DNA of 64,000 nt from Catajapyx aquilonaris (lineage: Eukaryota): the NCBI GenBank assembly GCA_000934665.2, contig KZ538494.1:1-64000 (forward strand), written 5' to 3'. The notes below the pieces were generated by a model. It did no database searches, had not been told where the DNA came from, and saw only the letters and a list, made by a program, of their open reading frames with translations. Position 1 is the stretch's first letter; each line of letters starts with the position of its first letter. Positions 27,001-42,600 of the stretch are shown in pieces. The position numbers were made by a program, and so were the translations under genes.

Positions 27001-30000
27001 GTTATTTTTACGCCCCTTCTCTGCACTTAACCTGTCATTTGCATCCTTCGGTCCCATTCAAAAAAATCAACATACATTCAGAAGTGGAGGCTTCTAGAGT
27101 ATTTTGGAAGTGATTTCAGATTTTTCAAAACCAATGTTACATCCTGTAGAGTGTAGACCACCAGACACACTTATTTTTAAAAACCAACTGAAACATAACC
27201 TAATATTTGAAGCTACAAAAATTCTCACTTCTTGCATACAATGTCACCTGCAATGCTACAATACCAGAATAATTATGATTTTGATCTCACTTTGGTGAAG
27301 GTGTCATTCCAGTAGAGTTCGTAGCTCATCAGGTTGTCTCCAGAATGGATAGGTCGTGACCATTCAAGCACTACAGATGTGGCTCCAATCTGGGTGGCTC
27401 TTAAGTTCATTGGCTGACTGGGAACTAAAATAAGCGTGCACATGAGTAATATTTCCTCAAAATGCAATTGAGTTCATACGCACCTCCTTGTTGGGTTTTG
27501 ACCTGAACAGGTGCTGAGAGTGGACCAGGGCCCACGCTGGTATGAGCCTGCACTCGAATTGTGTAGATGGTATGAGGAGTAAGGTCACTAATTGTCGTCA
27601 GCTGATTGTTGTCTACCATCTGAGACTCCCATAACGCCATGGGGAGGTTGGGGTTTGTTGTGTAGTAGACTTTGTATCCCTGTAAAATAATTTTGTGCTT
27701 GATTTCATCTCACACTATTGTAAAAATTGGCCAGTTCCTTTGCTCCATTTTATCTTTTAAAGACACATTCATAACTGTCTGCAGTAACTTAAAATCAATA
27801 TACTGCATTAACGTAAGAGCCCGCAGAAGAATCACATTTCTGTCCAGATATTAATTTTTAACAGTTTTAAAAACTTGTGCTTGGTGACAAACTTGATTCA
27901 TGGCTACTAAAATTGCTTTCCCCATCTGTGACATCCCCAGTCATGCTTAGTTGGTTGATTAACATCAGCACATCCAGAATAGAAATGTAGCCAGTCTCTT
28001 AATCATATTGTAAGATTATTATTTTTTCTAGTCAGATAAAAGAAAAAGTACAGTTTCAGTTCATCATCACCTATTAAAATATTATGACTGATATTATGCA
28101 GAATGACAAATTTCTGTTCATTATCCGTGGAACATGCCTACGGGTCCTATTGCTTTCCTGACTGAGCAATCAATCTTGCAAATGCTGGCTAGGATGGTCA
28201 GTATTACATGTGCCCAAGCTGACATGAGCAGTCATGCATTTAATTGATAAAAACTTTAAAATTTCAAACAGATTAGGACCAATGTATATGTCCACACTTA
28301 CCACAACTTGTCCGTTGGGTGTCTCAGGTTCATCCCACTGGATGACCATAGTGGAGGAGCTGAGGGGTCGCACCTGCACGTTGCGGGGAGCACTGCCAGG
28401 TTCTACAACCACACCGGCTCTCATTATTCTTTTACATAACTCACAGAATGCATGGTGCAAGCAAAATCATATGCCAATTATGCAAGAGAATCAATTAACA
28501 GGTAACCAAGAGGGTAGTAACTGTTATTAACATTCCGTTGTCACAGACTCTTGACAGCCATAATCCACATGGTACTGTACATTGAATTAGTTCAAGCAAT
28601 GTGTTGGAGAAATGCTTCAGACCTTTTATGCAAATCCATAGTGGAATGTACTCCTCTGAAAGTGACCAGATGTCTGTACATATGTAAATAATGGACAAAG
28701 ATCCTAATGTACAGGTGTGATGAATTAGAATAACAGGCATATATCATTACTATATTTCCTATTGTTTTCAATAACATTATGTGAGTAGGCCTGCAATACT
28801 GCATATCAGTAAGAAATATCCCCTTCCCCCCATCCTAATGTTTTCTTATTAAGAGCACCAAAATATTTTCCTACAAAAATTTGTGTCTTTATATTGCACC
28901 AAAATATAAGGCACAAAGTGTAACTCAGGGGTATGACAACCTCAGTGCAAAACATTGCTTCTGATATTAACTCAACGTGTGAAGAGACTACTTCATTTCT
29001 CAAAACTTGCACCTAATCCTTGACACTTGCTCTTAAAAATTATTACAATGAGACACACAGGTCACTTAAATAATGTTTCCTTATCAACCTATTGTCTGGT
29101 TTCAACATGCCATCTCATTCAGAATAACACTTCCACATCAAAAAGAGTAATTGATTTTAATTTTGGCAATTCAATATATGCAGCCCATTTCTCCAAGCAT
29201 TTCTCCAACCTCATGTGCATAAAACATTATTCTTATTAATACACAATGATATAAAATTTTTTGCAGTCGAAGTACAATAACAACGTCCTGAATATTATCC
29301 GGTGTGCAACTTTTAGGGCCATGAAGCTCGTGCCAGCCTTTTCTTTCTTTCTTTTGCATCTGATTAAAAACCACTAAACAGCTACAGTGTATACGCACAA
29401 TACGAAACAACCATAGTTCAAAGGTGCATGCACTCACAAAAGAAGTACAAGCCTGAAGCAAGCGCTGCTACCATGACGACATCAAGACCAACATCTCCGT
29501 TCCATATAAAATTTCTTACACTTGTCGCCATGGCAGCAACGTGACATGAGGCTACAAAGACCACATGCTCCCAGAACAGATAGCCGGCATGAATGTACCT
29601 CACCCATTCATGCCATGATACACAAACAGTGATGGATGTAGCCGTGCATCAAACTGCGCATTGCCGTAAGTAACTGACTGCACCAACTTCTCCTCCCTGT
29701 TTGTGTGGGCTGCTCAAAGCCCTAATTTGTGTAGGAACGTGCAATTTCTGTGACTGAAAAACTCCCCAGCTAAAAAAATCCACCACCGTACATATGTACA
29801 TATGATGAAGAAATACCCCAGTGGAGGTGTCTTCCGCCCTGCTGTAGTGCGATCCGCTTTACAACAAAATTGGCCAAAACCCCAGTGTTCCTCGAGCCCC
29901 CTTCTCACGGGGCCATCCGAAACAGCCCCAAAACAATAAAACGAAAATGGGGGGGTACTGGGAAAAAAGCATCAGGACAGTCACGCAGCAAGGTGCGAAA

Positions 30001-32416
30001 AACCGGACCAGGGGCACGAGGAACAACCCAGTGCTTATCTTGCATCCAGTGTGTCAGACACACACAAAACTCTGGCAATCAAACGAGTAGTAGTAGTATG
30101 GGGTGCACCACGTTCCTTGCACAAACCAATCCTAACAAGTACAAAATAACTTACTCGCACCTCCAAATGCAGGATCGGCTAGAAAAGACAAGGAGAAAAC
30201 AACGGATATTGGTTATACTTGGTTAAAGCTAGTCAGGATTTGGCTTACTGTACATGGTTGAAGGAATCTATATTATTTTACTTGTATGTACCCACCAGTA
30301 CTTTTGCACTGTAGTAGCTTACAGTACTTGACAACTTCATTGGTGGTTACAACCACACTTCCCACACTACGTTAGACATGCTTTCGCGAGAAATGCATAG
30401 TAATCTTGTATAGTAAGCTTGATATTAGTAGTAAACACGTCAGCCAGTAATTCACTTTTTCACGAGTGTCGCACCTGAAGGGCTTGCAGTTGATTAATGC
30501 AAACGCATATTTTTAGCCAGTAACCATATTGAAATATTAATAGGAGGAAAGAGCAGTTTTGAACCGCCTGGAGACTAGCTTCATTTCATAACATTTGTTC
30601 AGGTATTCCTGCAAACGCGGTCATTACGTGCAAATGGTATTAACAAGGTTCCTTAGAGGCAGATATGTGTTTTTCCTGCCTCGCTACACTGCTGCAGCTT
30701 CTCTTTGTTCTGCATAAAAAAGGGCCTGCATTGCCTGGATTACAAAATTTATTTATTAGCCACGGGCTAGGTGAAAAGCAACGCAAAAAAAAAAGTTTAT
30801 AGTATTGAGCAGGGCACTTGCGCTGTGTGCGAAAGATTAATCGGCATGTTTCGAAGCTCATTAACTAATTATTTTAATTTAGTGCCTCCCAAAGCACAAC
30901 GCATACTCTACTTAATTACTGGGCTGGAGAGTTAATCCCGTTCGCGTATAAAACTCGCCTTTACGCAGATGCCCTTGCAGCTACGGTAATTTTATCCCAT
31001 ACGGACCAGAAGGCATAGCCCGGATTTTTCCCCTCCCCCTCAACGTAACGCTCATATTTCCCTCCCTTTCTCCTGGCTGATGTGGACTACTCCGTTATAC
31101 GCTGGGTAACATTCCAAAAACTGCGACGCATATCGAGTCTCATGTTTTCCCATAAAAAAAACAATACAAAAATTCCCGAGATTCCACGTCCCTAGAGCTA
31201 GTCTTTTGTGATGTTCGGTGCGAAAATTTATCATCACATTAAAAAAAAAACAGCAGCTCTGTTTGGCGTAGTCATATTACAGTATATTGTGACCATTGTA
31301 ACGAAATGGTCACAAAATAGCTCTAACTTTGTGGTGGCAATGTGTGCCACAACTGTGTAAGTCTATGCTTGTATCCTGCATCAGCTTTCTACTACGATAT
31401 TCAATTAACTAATTGCATTTAGAGCGGCAGTCTCGTACCTTTCGAAATGTTCGTTGAAGCATTAGCGGTACCGCCTTGGCGTGCCTTTATGATAATGGAT
31501 GAGAATCAGATTTCGCAAGATGCGTATAGGTGCAAACCAAGTAGTTAGTTCATGTGTATATGGCATACGTTGCCATTCCAACATTCGCCAGTGCGGCATC
31601 GCAAGAAAGTGATTACTTTTGGCGTAGTTAGTAAAGCACTAATTTTAATGTATGCTGGTCCAGCATGCATATTAGGCAAGCCATATTGCCAGAGTCGTTT
31701 CTCAGATCTGGCATTATTCGTCAAGCGCACCACATTCCGTATGTACTGTACAGAGAAACTCGAAAAATTCCAACTTCCATCTTGAATAGGATACTTGAGC
31801 AGTACCCTGCATTGCACTCTTCGATTTAGATTACCATACGAGCATATGAACAGCCTCCCCATTTTTTTTTGCATGGCTTGCACGCTTAGTTCCCAGGACA
31901 TAATGAACAATTATGACACAAAACCCAATTACTTAGTTCTGAGTTTTTTTTCTCTCTCCCCTACGCTTAACGAGGCCTGTAAAAATCGAGCTCCTAAAAC
32001 GTATTGCATAAGCCGAGATTACTCACTGGTTTCTCCGGTGGTGATGTAGGCTGGCGTGCTGGGAGGTCCACGTCCGATCTTGTTGACGGCAATCACGTAG
32101 TACTCATACTCTGTGTACGGGTTCAGGCCTCGGACGGTGTAGTACATGGTGATGATGCCACTGATCTCGGAGTATTCCTGTGTAACGCAGGTTGTAATGG
32201 CGTTTAAATTGTCAGTTTCTCGGAAGGAATCCGGTAAATTGTAGGTACGTACCTGGTTCGCATACTTGGGTTTGTACTGAATAACATAGTAGGAAATGTC
32301 GTCTGCACCGATGTCGTAAGACCAAGCCAGACGAACGGATGTAGCCGTGACATCGGAAATGCGCACGTTGGTCGGTGGCCGTGGCAGTGCTGTTCAAATA
32401 TTATATAAATGTTGGC

Positions 32417-32485
<69 letters not shown>

Positions 32486-35400
32486 GCTTTACCCCATTAG
32501 AGGGAACAGAGCCCTTTTAGGGGGGTGGATTACCACCATTTTTCTTACGAAATTTACTTCGCATTTTTCTCTCCGATAAATGTTGGCATTAATTAATATA
32601 ACTATTCCATTCAACATGTTTCCCACAAAACACGTCCTTCAAAAACCAACTAGCCCATTAACGCCCTAGAAGTCGATGAAAAATGTAGCAAATGACTTTT
32701 AAAAAGGTCCCTGTAAGCGAATTAAAATCTGGAATCGAATTGGCAGTCACCGAGGACATTTTATTTCTCCTACATATCGCGCCCGAATTTGCATAAATGA
32801 ATGGCTATGACTTTTTCCCGGTGATAAAGCCGGCCCTTATTTCCATTACAACAGAACCCAAATTGAAGCACGCCTCTGGAGGTTTTGGCCTCCCAAATTT
32901 CCGCCTAGATTCTCTTCCCCCTCCCCCAACGCACAACTTGGCCTGTAAATACCGGTTACAGTTCGGTTCTCCCGACACCGGCTCGTAATGAAGAAGAAGA
33001 TGAGAAGTCGTTCCAAGGGATCCATCCATTCATAGCCCTGGGACACCCAGGGATCCCCAAATATGACAATTGGGGAGATTAAGGTCCGGGTCCGAAACGC
33101 ACATTTTGAACCTGACCTGAGCAGAGGCCAACCCATAATGTACCCGGAGAGACACAGCCCCCATTTTCTTTTATTAGCATCATATAAAAACCAACGGATA
33201 CGTCTTGCATTGGCCAAAAACGGGGGGGCCTAACCACTTGCCAAATGCAGGCAGCTAGCTCCCAATTAATTAATCATCGGGGAGACAGTAATGGTGGGTC
33301 TTAAGCCTTGCTGCTCTCTCGGGATTCACTCGCTCGCCGAGGAAGAGATTATTTTCCGCTCATATTCCGCTCTCGGTGGCAGCCGGTATGCGTCCATCCA
33401 TCCATCCATCTCTTCTGCACTGTCAGCCCCCTCACACACATACACAGACCAAAAAAAAAAAAAAAGGAACGCCAAGGGAAGGAACTCAGGGGGTAAACGC
33501 TCGTTTAACTCCATTGCTGCAGCCAACAAAAAAGGCTGACTGCGATCTCGCCGCTTATTTATTCACAACCACTGCTGCAACACTTTGTACCGCTGGGGGA
33601 TTTCCCGCAACTTTGCAAAATGACGAGGGTGAGCCCACCAGTGACAGGGGCTTCTAAGGGAGCCAGAACTGGTGCTGGATGGGGGAAAAATATGTAACGC
33701 GATACTGTGTAGTTCTGAACTATGCAAAAAAAGCAAAGCCTATCTCCCCCACGATCCACAGTTGAAACGGCATAAATAATGCGTGCTAATTCCATATGCG
33801 GAAACTGAATGATTAACACTGGCCATGCATGAGGTCCAATAATCACCCACAGGATATTATAGTGATGTGAATTCCAGAGAAAAGCACTATCATAATACGA
33901 CTACACACGACCTTACACTAACCACGTTAACAATTATTTCTAGAGCATTGTGTCTGCTTGCTGGACTACATGATCCAATATAATTTTTATTTAGTAATCA
34001 TTACGTACCCTATAAGCGCTGGTTACGCTTATACACAGTAAACCACCGAATAATGCGCAAAAATAACAATAAAATTAAAACGGTAGAGTTGCAGACACTA
34101 ACGACGTGCAAACTTGCAGGCAATTATTACACTAATTGCATTTTATTGTTTCATTCGCCAGTTATGATAATTGCATGCCGCAACAACACAAAATATTTTG
34201 TGAAAATCTACCAGAGTCCGAAACACCGACACGAACACAACGCTCCGTTTGGAGTCACTTGCCAAGTTGCAATGAATTCTGAAAAACGGTTGTAGGTCGA
34301 TGCCACTCGTACAATCCTCACGCAAAAGTGTTGTCTGGTTCTAAATTAAAATTATAGGCCCCCCCTTCAACTCCAGCGCAGCTCATTACGTGCCACTCAA
34401 TGCTGAATCTTGAGTGAAGCTACACACGATTCATGAGCTGGCGCTTCGTCCCTGCATATTTCAACGCGACCTGCCCAACATATGACTCGCGCTGAAGCAA
34501 GCACGACACTTTCAAACACCCACTACAATAACTCAACCCCCCCCCCCCAACAAACGACAGACAGAAATAGGCCAGTATATCCGGAGACAAATTGAGAGAG
34601 CTGATACAAAAATTCAACAGAGTGAGTATTTGCTCCATCTATCTCTGCCAGCATTCCTTCGATTATGCCACACTACATGACCATCGAAGTCTGAATGCAA
34701 CAGAGGCCGCTCCCAGCAATCAATCTGCCCAGAGGTCCGAATCCGAACAAAAGAAAAAAAAAAAGGGAGTGAAGGTGTGTCAACTCACATTGAACTTTGA
34801 CAAAGGTGTGTGCCTCAATCATCCCTAGCTTGCTGGACGCCACGCAGGTGTAGTTGGCCGATTCCTGCACGTTCTCCAGGGTCAGCACGTTCTTTCCGAT
34901 GGGAATGGCATCGTCCGGGGTCAGGTCGGTGGCCAAGCCCTTCCTCCACTTGACCAGGGGCATGGGTGACCCTACGGCCACACAGGTGATCTTCAGGTCA
35001 GACCCCAGCATCACTTCGTACATCTTCTCCGGAGGGATAGAGAACTGGGGAGGCACTCGGCGCTCTGGAATTCAAACAATGCATTGTATTAGCAGCAGGG
35101 GTGATGAAGTGTCGTTGAACTTGGCGTAAAATTAACCTGATTTTTTCACATAACAGCAACGTAAATTAAAGGGAAGCCATCAATACGCGCTTTAATTATA
35201 TACCATACTTCCCCACAAGCTCAAGATGTGTTCCTCAAAGGAATCTAAAAAAAAGGGCTTCCCTTCGCGTTCCAACCCTGTGGCCTATACCAGTTTTCCA
35301 GATGAACAAACATTCAGGCAGCTTTAGGCTCCATTACGAGGCCGGATAAAAAAAGCCAAAAAAAAAGAGGTTATTATCCATCAACGTTGGCATGACCGAC

Positions 35401-36606
35401 TCGAATTTTTACTCCGCCTTTAATAATTTTACGCCGGTCTGATTTACTGCCATGCAATAGTTTGGGCCCCGTGGTAAAAACCGGGCCAATCACGCGTGCC
35501 TTCCGAAAACGACGTTGGGAGGAAGTGGGACGGGAAAAGAAAAGACATGGGGGCAGGGAATGGAGGTTGCTGCAGGTAGAATGGGTTGAGTGTACCCCCC
35601 CTTCTTCAACCATTCCCTCCTTCATCCCCTACCCTGCAGCAGGGCCAAGAAGGAATAAAAGTGGGCTCCAAGTCACGTCGGCCCCCAATTATTCCCTTCC
35701 GCAGACTCTGCGCCAATCGCGCCTTTGTCCTCCTAGTAAACTTTGCCAGGCTTAACTTTTTTTATTCTTCTCCTTGCCTATCTCGCGCCCCCACCCCCTG
35801 AAAAAAAAACCCTTCTTTTTAAACCGCACTTGCCGGACTACGGTCAGCACTTCTTCAGAGAAGGATAGTGCAATGCTGGCTCGGAATGACCCAACACAGA
35901 ATAACTATTTCAGGGAGAAAGCTCAGGACTTGTTCAGCACAGGACGTGCGCAGGAGACATGTATAGGGAAGGTTTAATTTCGACAAATTACCGGTACTAT
36001 ACAATACAGAGAATGATTCAGAATGTTTATATCCGGCTGTGGGATATGCGGTTGGGTATGGGGGTGGGTATGTCCAAATCCTTAGAGGGTTAGTCCACAT
36101 ATGGGCCTCAGCCCATTCCGGTCGTCAGTTAGACACACAAATTGGAGAATGACAGGATGATCCTTACAGTTACGGTAATCAAACATGTCCGCTAATGTTA
36201 TGCTCTTCCCAACGGGCAAATTATTTACAGGCTATTAGGGAACCGAAGCAATACCGCGAGAGATTTTTGTTAAAAAAATTCCGTAAAGCACCAGGGTTCA
36301 TATTGTGGCATGAACAAATGGCAAATGTGTGAATACAATGTCGGCAGTACGAATACACCTCCCTTAAATATGAACGTTACTCTGACACCACGAGTAAATG
36401 TGTTGGCTTGGAAGATATCAAAGGCTGATAATAATGAGTGTGGTAGCGGCAATTTGGGTTCAGGCAGGTTCAGCTGGGCAAACAAAGGCGCCCCTAGTGC
36501 CCCTCCCTCTACCACCCCCTCCCCTCTCCTGTGAAGCCAGCAGGCGAGGAAACTCAAGCCTGCAATTTGCGCCCATCGATCCTGCTGCCACCTGCCCACA
36601 CCCAAC

Positions 36607-36640
<34 letters not shown>

Positions 36641-39600
36641 TCACTTCTCCACCCAACCCGCAACCCCACAACACAACACCCACTTTTTCCCACACACGCA
36701 TCAAATGAAAAAAGATTATAAAGGATGCGTGAAACCCAAATCATCACGTGAACACCTCAATACTCTACAGCCCATGGTTAGATTTTTAAAAACAAAAAAA
36801 CTAATCCAAGCAACCCAAAACCTGCTTTACTTCAATTACTCTGTATAGGTGGCAGGATATATTGCACCTCCCTGGCTCCAGCGTGGCCTAATAGATGTTC
36901 GAGTGATAAATTTCTAATGAATATTAAGGAGCATTGATAAAATAATATTTCATAATTAGAGGGCGCCCCCGAGCAATTAGAGCAACGTTAAATAAATAGC
37001 CGGTTGGGCTCATTAAGGACAGCATAAATCAGAGGCACATGCGGCTGGGGCTCCCTTTAATCCAAGCCCAAGGATTCAAGGGGGGTGTGCAGGAGGGAGT
37101 GATTGATACTCCGTACATGCTAATGAGACCCTTAACCTTCCTTTAGACTCACACTTCAATCCACGTCTCCAGCATACGTCATTCACAGATCATATCCGGG
37201 GCTACCGCCTGACCTTCAACTCTCGTTAACTGCACTTTTAACAGGGTGTTATTAGGTTCGGAAATCTGTCAGTGTCACGACGCACCATTTGGCGAAGTAG
37301 GTTGGAGCCAATGGATACCCTCGGCCTTTCTTAAGTAACGTGCATGGTGCACGCCCCACCCTAAACCATTTCAATCTAATTATACAGAAACAAACAAACA
37401 AATAATTGTAGAAAAGGTAGATGATTATGATTATCCATATGTGAAAGTGTGGAGGGTCAGACACCTAGTCATCGGATTGTGGCGCCAGTGACTGAGTCAC
37501 ACTCCATGTCCAGTTGTTCAAATATTAATGTGCTGCTGCTGCTGCACGAAAATTGCATGCACATCCTTCATATATGAATGAACCTGCAAGTCAGTACTGA
37601 CATTTACACTACCGGTTTTCAATTGTTACTAAAGGTACAGTTGTCACGGCATGGCATCTTGATTTCATTACACTGACTAATAGGGAGACCAAAAGTCGTT
37701 CACTTATAAATACACAATGTGAAAATACTGCGTCGCGTCATTTATTTCTGTAACTGGATAAATTGTCCGTTTTGACATCACGCCGATTCAGCACTTACTG
37801 CAAATGTAAATTACAACTCATATTTTTAAAACACTACAAACCTCAATTTCCCTGATTATTTAATAATACTAACTTGTATACTGCTATGTGCACCACCATA
37901 ACAATTTATACTAAAGAGTAAAGTTCATTTACCACCATTTCTGGTCCGTTTTCACGCAATGCAATGCTGTATGGTCCTGTTTTACTGGACAATGGTATTG
38001 CATCGTACATTGTTCGGCTTAAATGGTATGATCGGGAAAACCGCGATGACAATACTGCCACTCACAATAATATTGTAAAAAAACTACAACATGAGAGCAC
38101 ACACGTCATCCAAGCAATTAGGCCGATATTAATCGCACAAAATCCCACATCATACTGCAATTACGTAGCTGCACTGATGTTTTGAGCAACAGCATTGTAC
38201 GCAACTACAATAGTACAAGTGCTTTGCTTTATACGAGATAAAAATCCCCGCTCAGTGATTAAAGCACATCATTCATCCCTGATGCCGAAGTTCCAACCAC
38301 AAAAAAGCGAATAGGAAAAATCGCGGTTTGTTTTGATTTCAACCAGTGATATGTTCAGAAGACAATGAGGGCAGGTCACACTGCTTGTCTTTAACAATAA
38401 CGTCTGCCTGAATCATGTCCTTTTATTTATTTACACTTCCTTACAGAACGGCATTACAAAACTATACCTAAAAATCCTTTATACTTTTATAGTGTAAGTA
38501 GTTTCACTGATATTCACCAGCATGTCCCTTATGAGCGCATTTCTGGCTGGAAAAAAATGAGCAGAATGTAATGGACCACCCTATATATAACTCCGACAGC
38601 TCATTTTACAGGCGCTTTCTTCCAAAGCCATTTCCTGACGTTTTGATGACTTTCTGTGAAAATCCTGCTGGAAAGATCTCGCGTGCCATGAGATGAAACA
38701 AATTGGCTATTGTCCAACACAATGCCCCGTCGCTATACGTCTGCTGTTCAATATTGGTCCCATTAAAGCACAATTTTGCCAATATAATGTGGGCGTTTGT
38801 TTCCCTGATAATTCACTTCCACACAATTTTGATATCATTAACTCTGCTAGATCCCATACTCGCAATGAAAATGTGTGTGGCACATCTGCGCGTGTATATA
38901 AAATAGCGGCAGAGGCGACAAACACTGTTTATACGAAACCTGTTGTGGCACTGTATATATACACACACGGAGTACCTGCACAGTTTCATATTACATTGCA
39001 AACAAAACAAAGCCATTTAAACCCACGCAACATGAAGCCTATGTGATGCATTTTTGAACTGTCCCACACTCAACATCCGCCCTGTAGCTCAACTTAGGGT
39101 ATGGACCGTATATTCAAATGAGCGATAACTCCAAGTTATGATGGGCAGAGGAATGATTATTGTGACATGAGGCTGATGGCAGGCACAAACTTCATTTTGG
39201 GGACGACCGCAGTGTACAGCCACAGATTCAAATCCCCTGCTAATGACGTTTAACGGGCCACAACATGGACACGCGATGTGCATTCAAAAGCAAAGTAGGG
39301 CGAGAAATTTCGATGGCCCTTCGGAAGAATCCGCCACATTTATTGACATTCACTTACTGCGATGCATTAAAAGGCTGTCAGGTATATAATTGCTCCAAAG
39401 TTACACGGGACTCTCTGTATAAACCCACATGCATAATAATTTTCATAATTTTTATTATATAGGATGTGCCTCAAAATGTTTGCAAATATTTTTCTATTTG
39501 CACTGCCTTCAATTTATCGCAGCTGTCAAGGCTTGACACCTTGTAGATGCCAACTGTTTTGATAAAACTGAGTCACAGTCAAATTCCTGCAGCAGTTTGT

Positions 39601-42600
39601 GACAGTTTTCCTAAACCTGATCCTATCTGATGATGAGGCAGAAAAGTCGCTCAAAAAGGGGGACACTTTACTCCAGCCTCTGTAATCCCCATCCTCTCCT
39701 TTAGTCAGCATCGCCCCGAGGCGACACACGCGTTCACTCGAAATTATTTCACCGCGCAAAGAGAGCAAGGGGGGGACACTCCACAAAAAACAAAAGGCTC
39801 TCCCCAATCCCTAATGGTTGACAAATGGACGTGACAAGTTGTGGGCCAAAGAAGGTCCGACTGTTTACCTACAAGGCCGGGAAGAGCAAATATTGACTCT
39901 AGCTTTCCCCCCCCCCTCCCCCCCTGACCTACCCACCCTCCCACAGCAGTCAATCAAAATACGAACAAATCCCCCTTAATTCCTGACATCCAATCATAAC
40001 ATGACATTATTTATTCCTGCACACAATTTACATCCTAAACGCCAAGATACTAACTATTGAAAATAATCGACGCCTATCTATTTCAAATATGGCGAACTAT
40101 TCAGCACTATTCAGTGAAATATGGCATATTATTTAAATGTAATTGAATTACACTTTTGGCGACTACGCAGCCGTCAATTTGGCGAAAAAAGCATTACCTC
40201 CGCCACACAAAGTAGCGGATTTGACGAACGCGCTTTGAAAAGAGCCGGCTACATCTGGCAAATCGCAGACCACATCAAGTGCAGCGAAAACCTCGGGGGC
40301 CGCAAAGTCGCTGAAATAGGGCGCCATAAAAATTTTTTATTACACATGCAGCGTGAGTCAAAACAATAAGCAGATCTGGCGTCGGTCTACTTAACAGCCC
40401 TGCACCGAGACATATGCTGGCTCCACGAAGAAGTCAGCCTTTAAGGTTAACTCAAGGAGAAAATATTGTCGTCAGCAGTGTTGTTTTCTCCGTAATATTT
40501 TTCCCGATTCGTACGAGGTGGTTCATCTCGCCATCAGTTTCCGGTAACGCGTGTCGCTGCATACTATTTGCCGCAGGAAACATGCCCCGGAAGATTTACG
40601 ACCCCGCCTTATTCGGGTTGCATCAAAAGTGAACCTGGTGTGGTATGAAGGAAGCTCCCTCACCTGCAATAAATATGACGTGACACAAGTCAAATAACAG
40701 CCAGGCAGGCAGTCAGTTCCAATAAAATAGCACATAGTTGCACCTGTACTATGAAATCGATCCCCGCATAATGTGTCGCCATTAGAGCCAACCAAATTGT
40801 CCTAATGGTTTTAAGCATTAGTGACGTCACGGGTGTCCCCCCCATCTATCAGTGGAAGGGGGGTGTAAGGCGTGGCCGGAGCTAAATCCCAGGCAGGGGC
40901 CAAGAGGCGCGACAAACGCAGCAATGCGAGGCTTATTGCGAGTAATTAGCAAAATGGAGGGGGCGGGAGAGAGGAATGAGTCCGAAGGGGCAAAGAGGAA
41001 GGGGGGGAGAGATATGAGAGATGGTGCTCCTGGGGCCAAGGAGCCATCGGGCCACCACCACACTCCTTCATTAATTAGCAACACACCCTTTAATGGACGT
41101 CTGCCCCCTGGGGGAGGGAGGGAGGGATGGAAGGAAGGAAGGAGGGGATGGCCCACCTCCAATGTCTGCACCTGCCCTTTGTATTACCTCCAACATTACT
41201 GTGCCTAATTACTTTTTATGCGCGTATTACGAGGATCAGATGCTGCTGCAAGAATTTGACTTTCTTCATTCACTTCAGCGCAATTTTGCACACTCTCGAC
41301 GTGTGTCACGAAAAACTGTCCAGACCATGGTCCAGACTAACACACTAAAGCAGACTGTAACAGAGCTGGAGCATGATATCCTCTTGTTAGTGGCGAAACT
41401 CGAACAGCCCTGCTGCTGTAATGTCAACATGGATGCTAAGTCACATCACGGCCCAATAAGTTCTGAGGCAGAAACACAAACAAAATCGGAGTTTGCTTCC
41501 AAGAGTTACCTGAGATTGAGGTACGCCGAAATGAGGTTATTATAGAAAAGTTAATTATCAACATATGCATTGACGAAATATTGCCACCATAAAAGAGCAT
41601 CGACCTCGGCCTGCAAGTGTCCCCATATCCGAGTTCGTTGTTAACACTTTACCTTATAGCGAAATAGCTACAATAAAAAATGTGCATATAGCTGAATGCG
41701 GAAATAATAATGATGCCGTAATAAAAAATTTATCCCAACAGGCACAGGACTATTTTTAAAAATCACAAGAAAAAATGTTACATCAGTTCCTATTCTCCAC
41801 TAATTTCTCAAGAAATAATGAGACGAGCGACTGTGCAGTGCACATACAAAAGGTGAATGATCCTGAATAGGAGGTACAGTACAGGGATCCACTCGGTTCC
41901 ACATGACGAAGCCACAAATTTTTCATGGTAATCTTTAAGGCTAAACTGCACTCAAAAACATGTAATTGAATAATTCATATCAGCTGGAGCTCAACAGCTA
42001 ACATTAGGAGCCAATATAGTAGGCAATATATTGTGTCTATAAATATTGGATTTTCAGGCCTGTCCTGAAAGTCGGGCGCAATACAGTATATTGGTTCATC
42101 AATAGCGAATTTTAAAGAGGACCTCAATCTTCTGTTACACCCACGTTGCTCATAACATGCAAAAAGCCTGTGGTGACTAGAATTTAAAAAATGAGAACTA
42201 CAATATAAAGAATCACTTCGAAGCCAATAATCAAGCTGCAGTTTTACCAGGAAAAACAGGGAAACTAGGTCAGAAAAACAAGCGTTGAAGCCCCTGCATT
42301 TCAAATGATATTATTTACCGAAACGGCTGGTACACTAAATATTTCCCCCTATTCAAGTGCGCAGAAAACGTAATTAACCGACTGCTGTAGTGTTTCTGGG
42401 TATTGCGTATTGTTTTAACAAAATCGCACGTTTAGTTTATTGAACGCGTGCCAATAATCAGACCAGAGATCAGTACATAATCCCGTACCTCCATACTCAT
42501 GGGCCGTTCTAGCGTGCTAATATGGGTTTACAAAAACAGTTCAGTCACGTTGTGCTCGGTTTAATAATCTCCACATAGGGCAAAATTACATTACAACTGC

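Noticed and set aside
32178..32252. ORF track reads through this 75-nt segment in FN3-1
   Set aside because: Canonical GT-AG intron; removing it restores [12 protein letters not shown].
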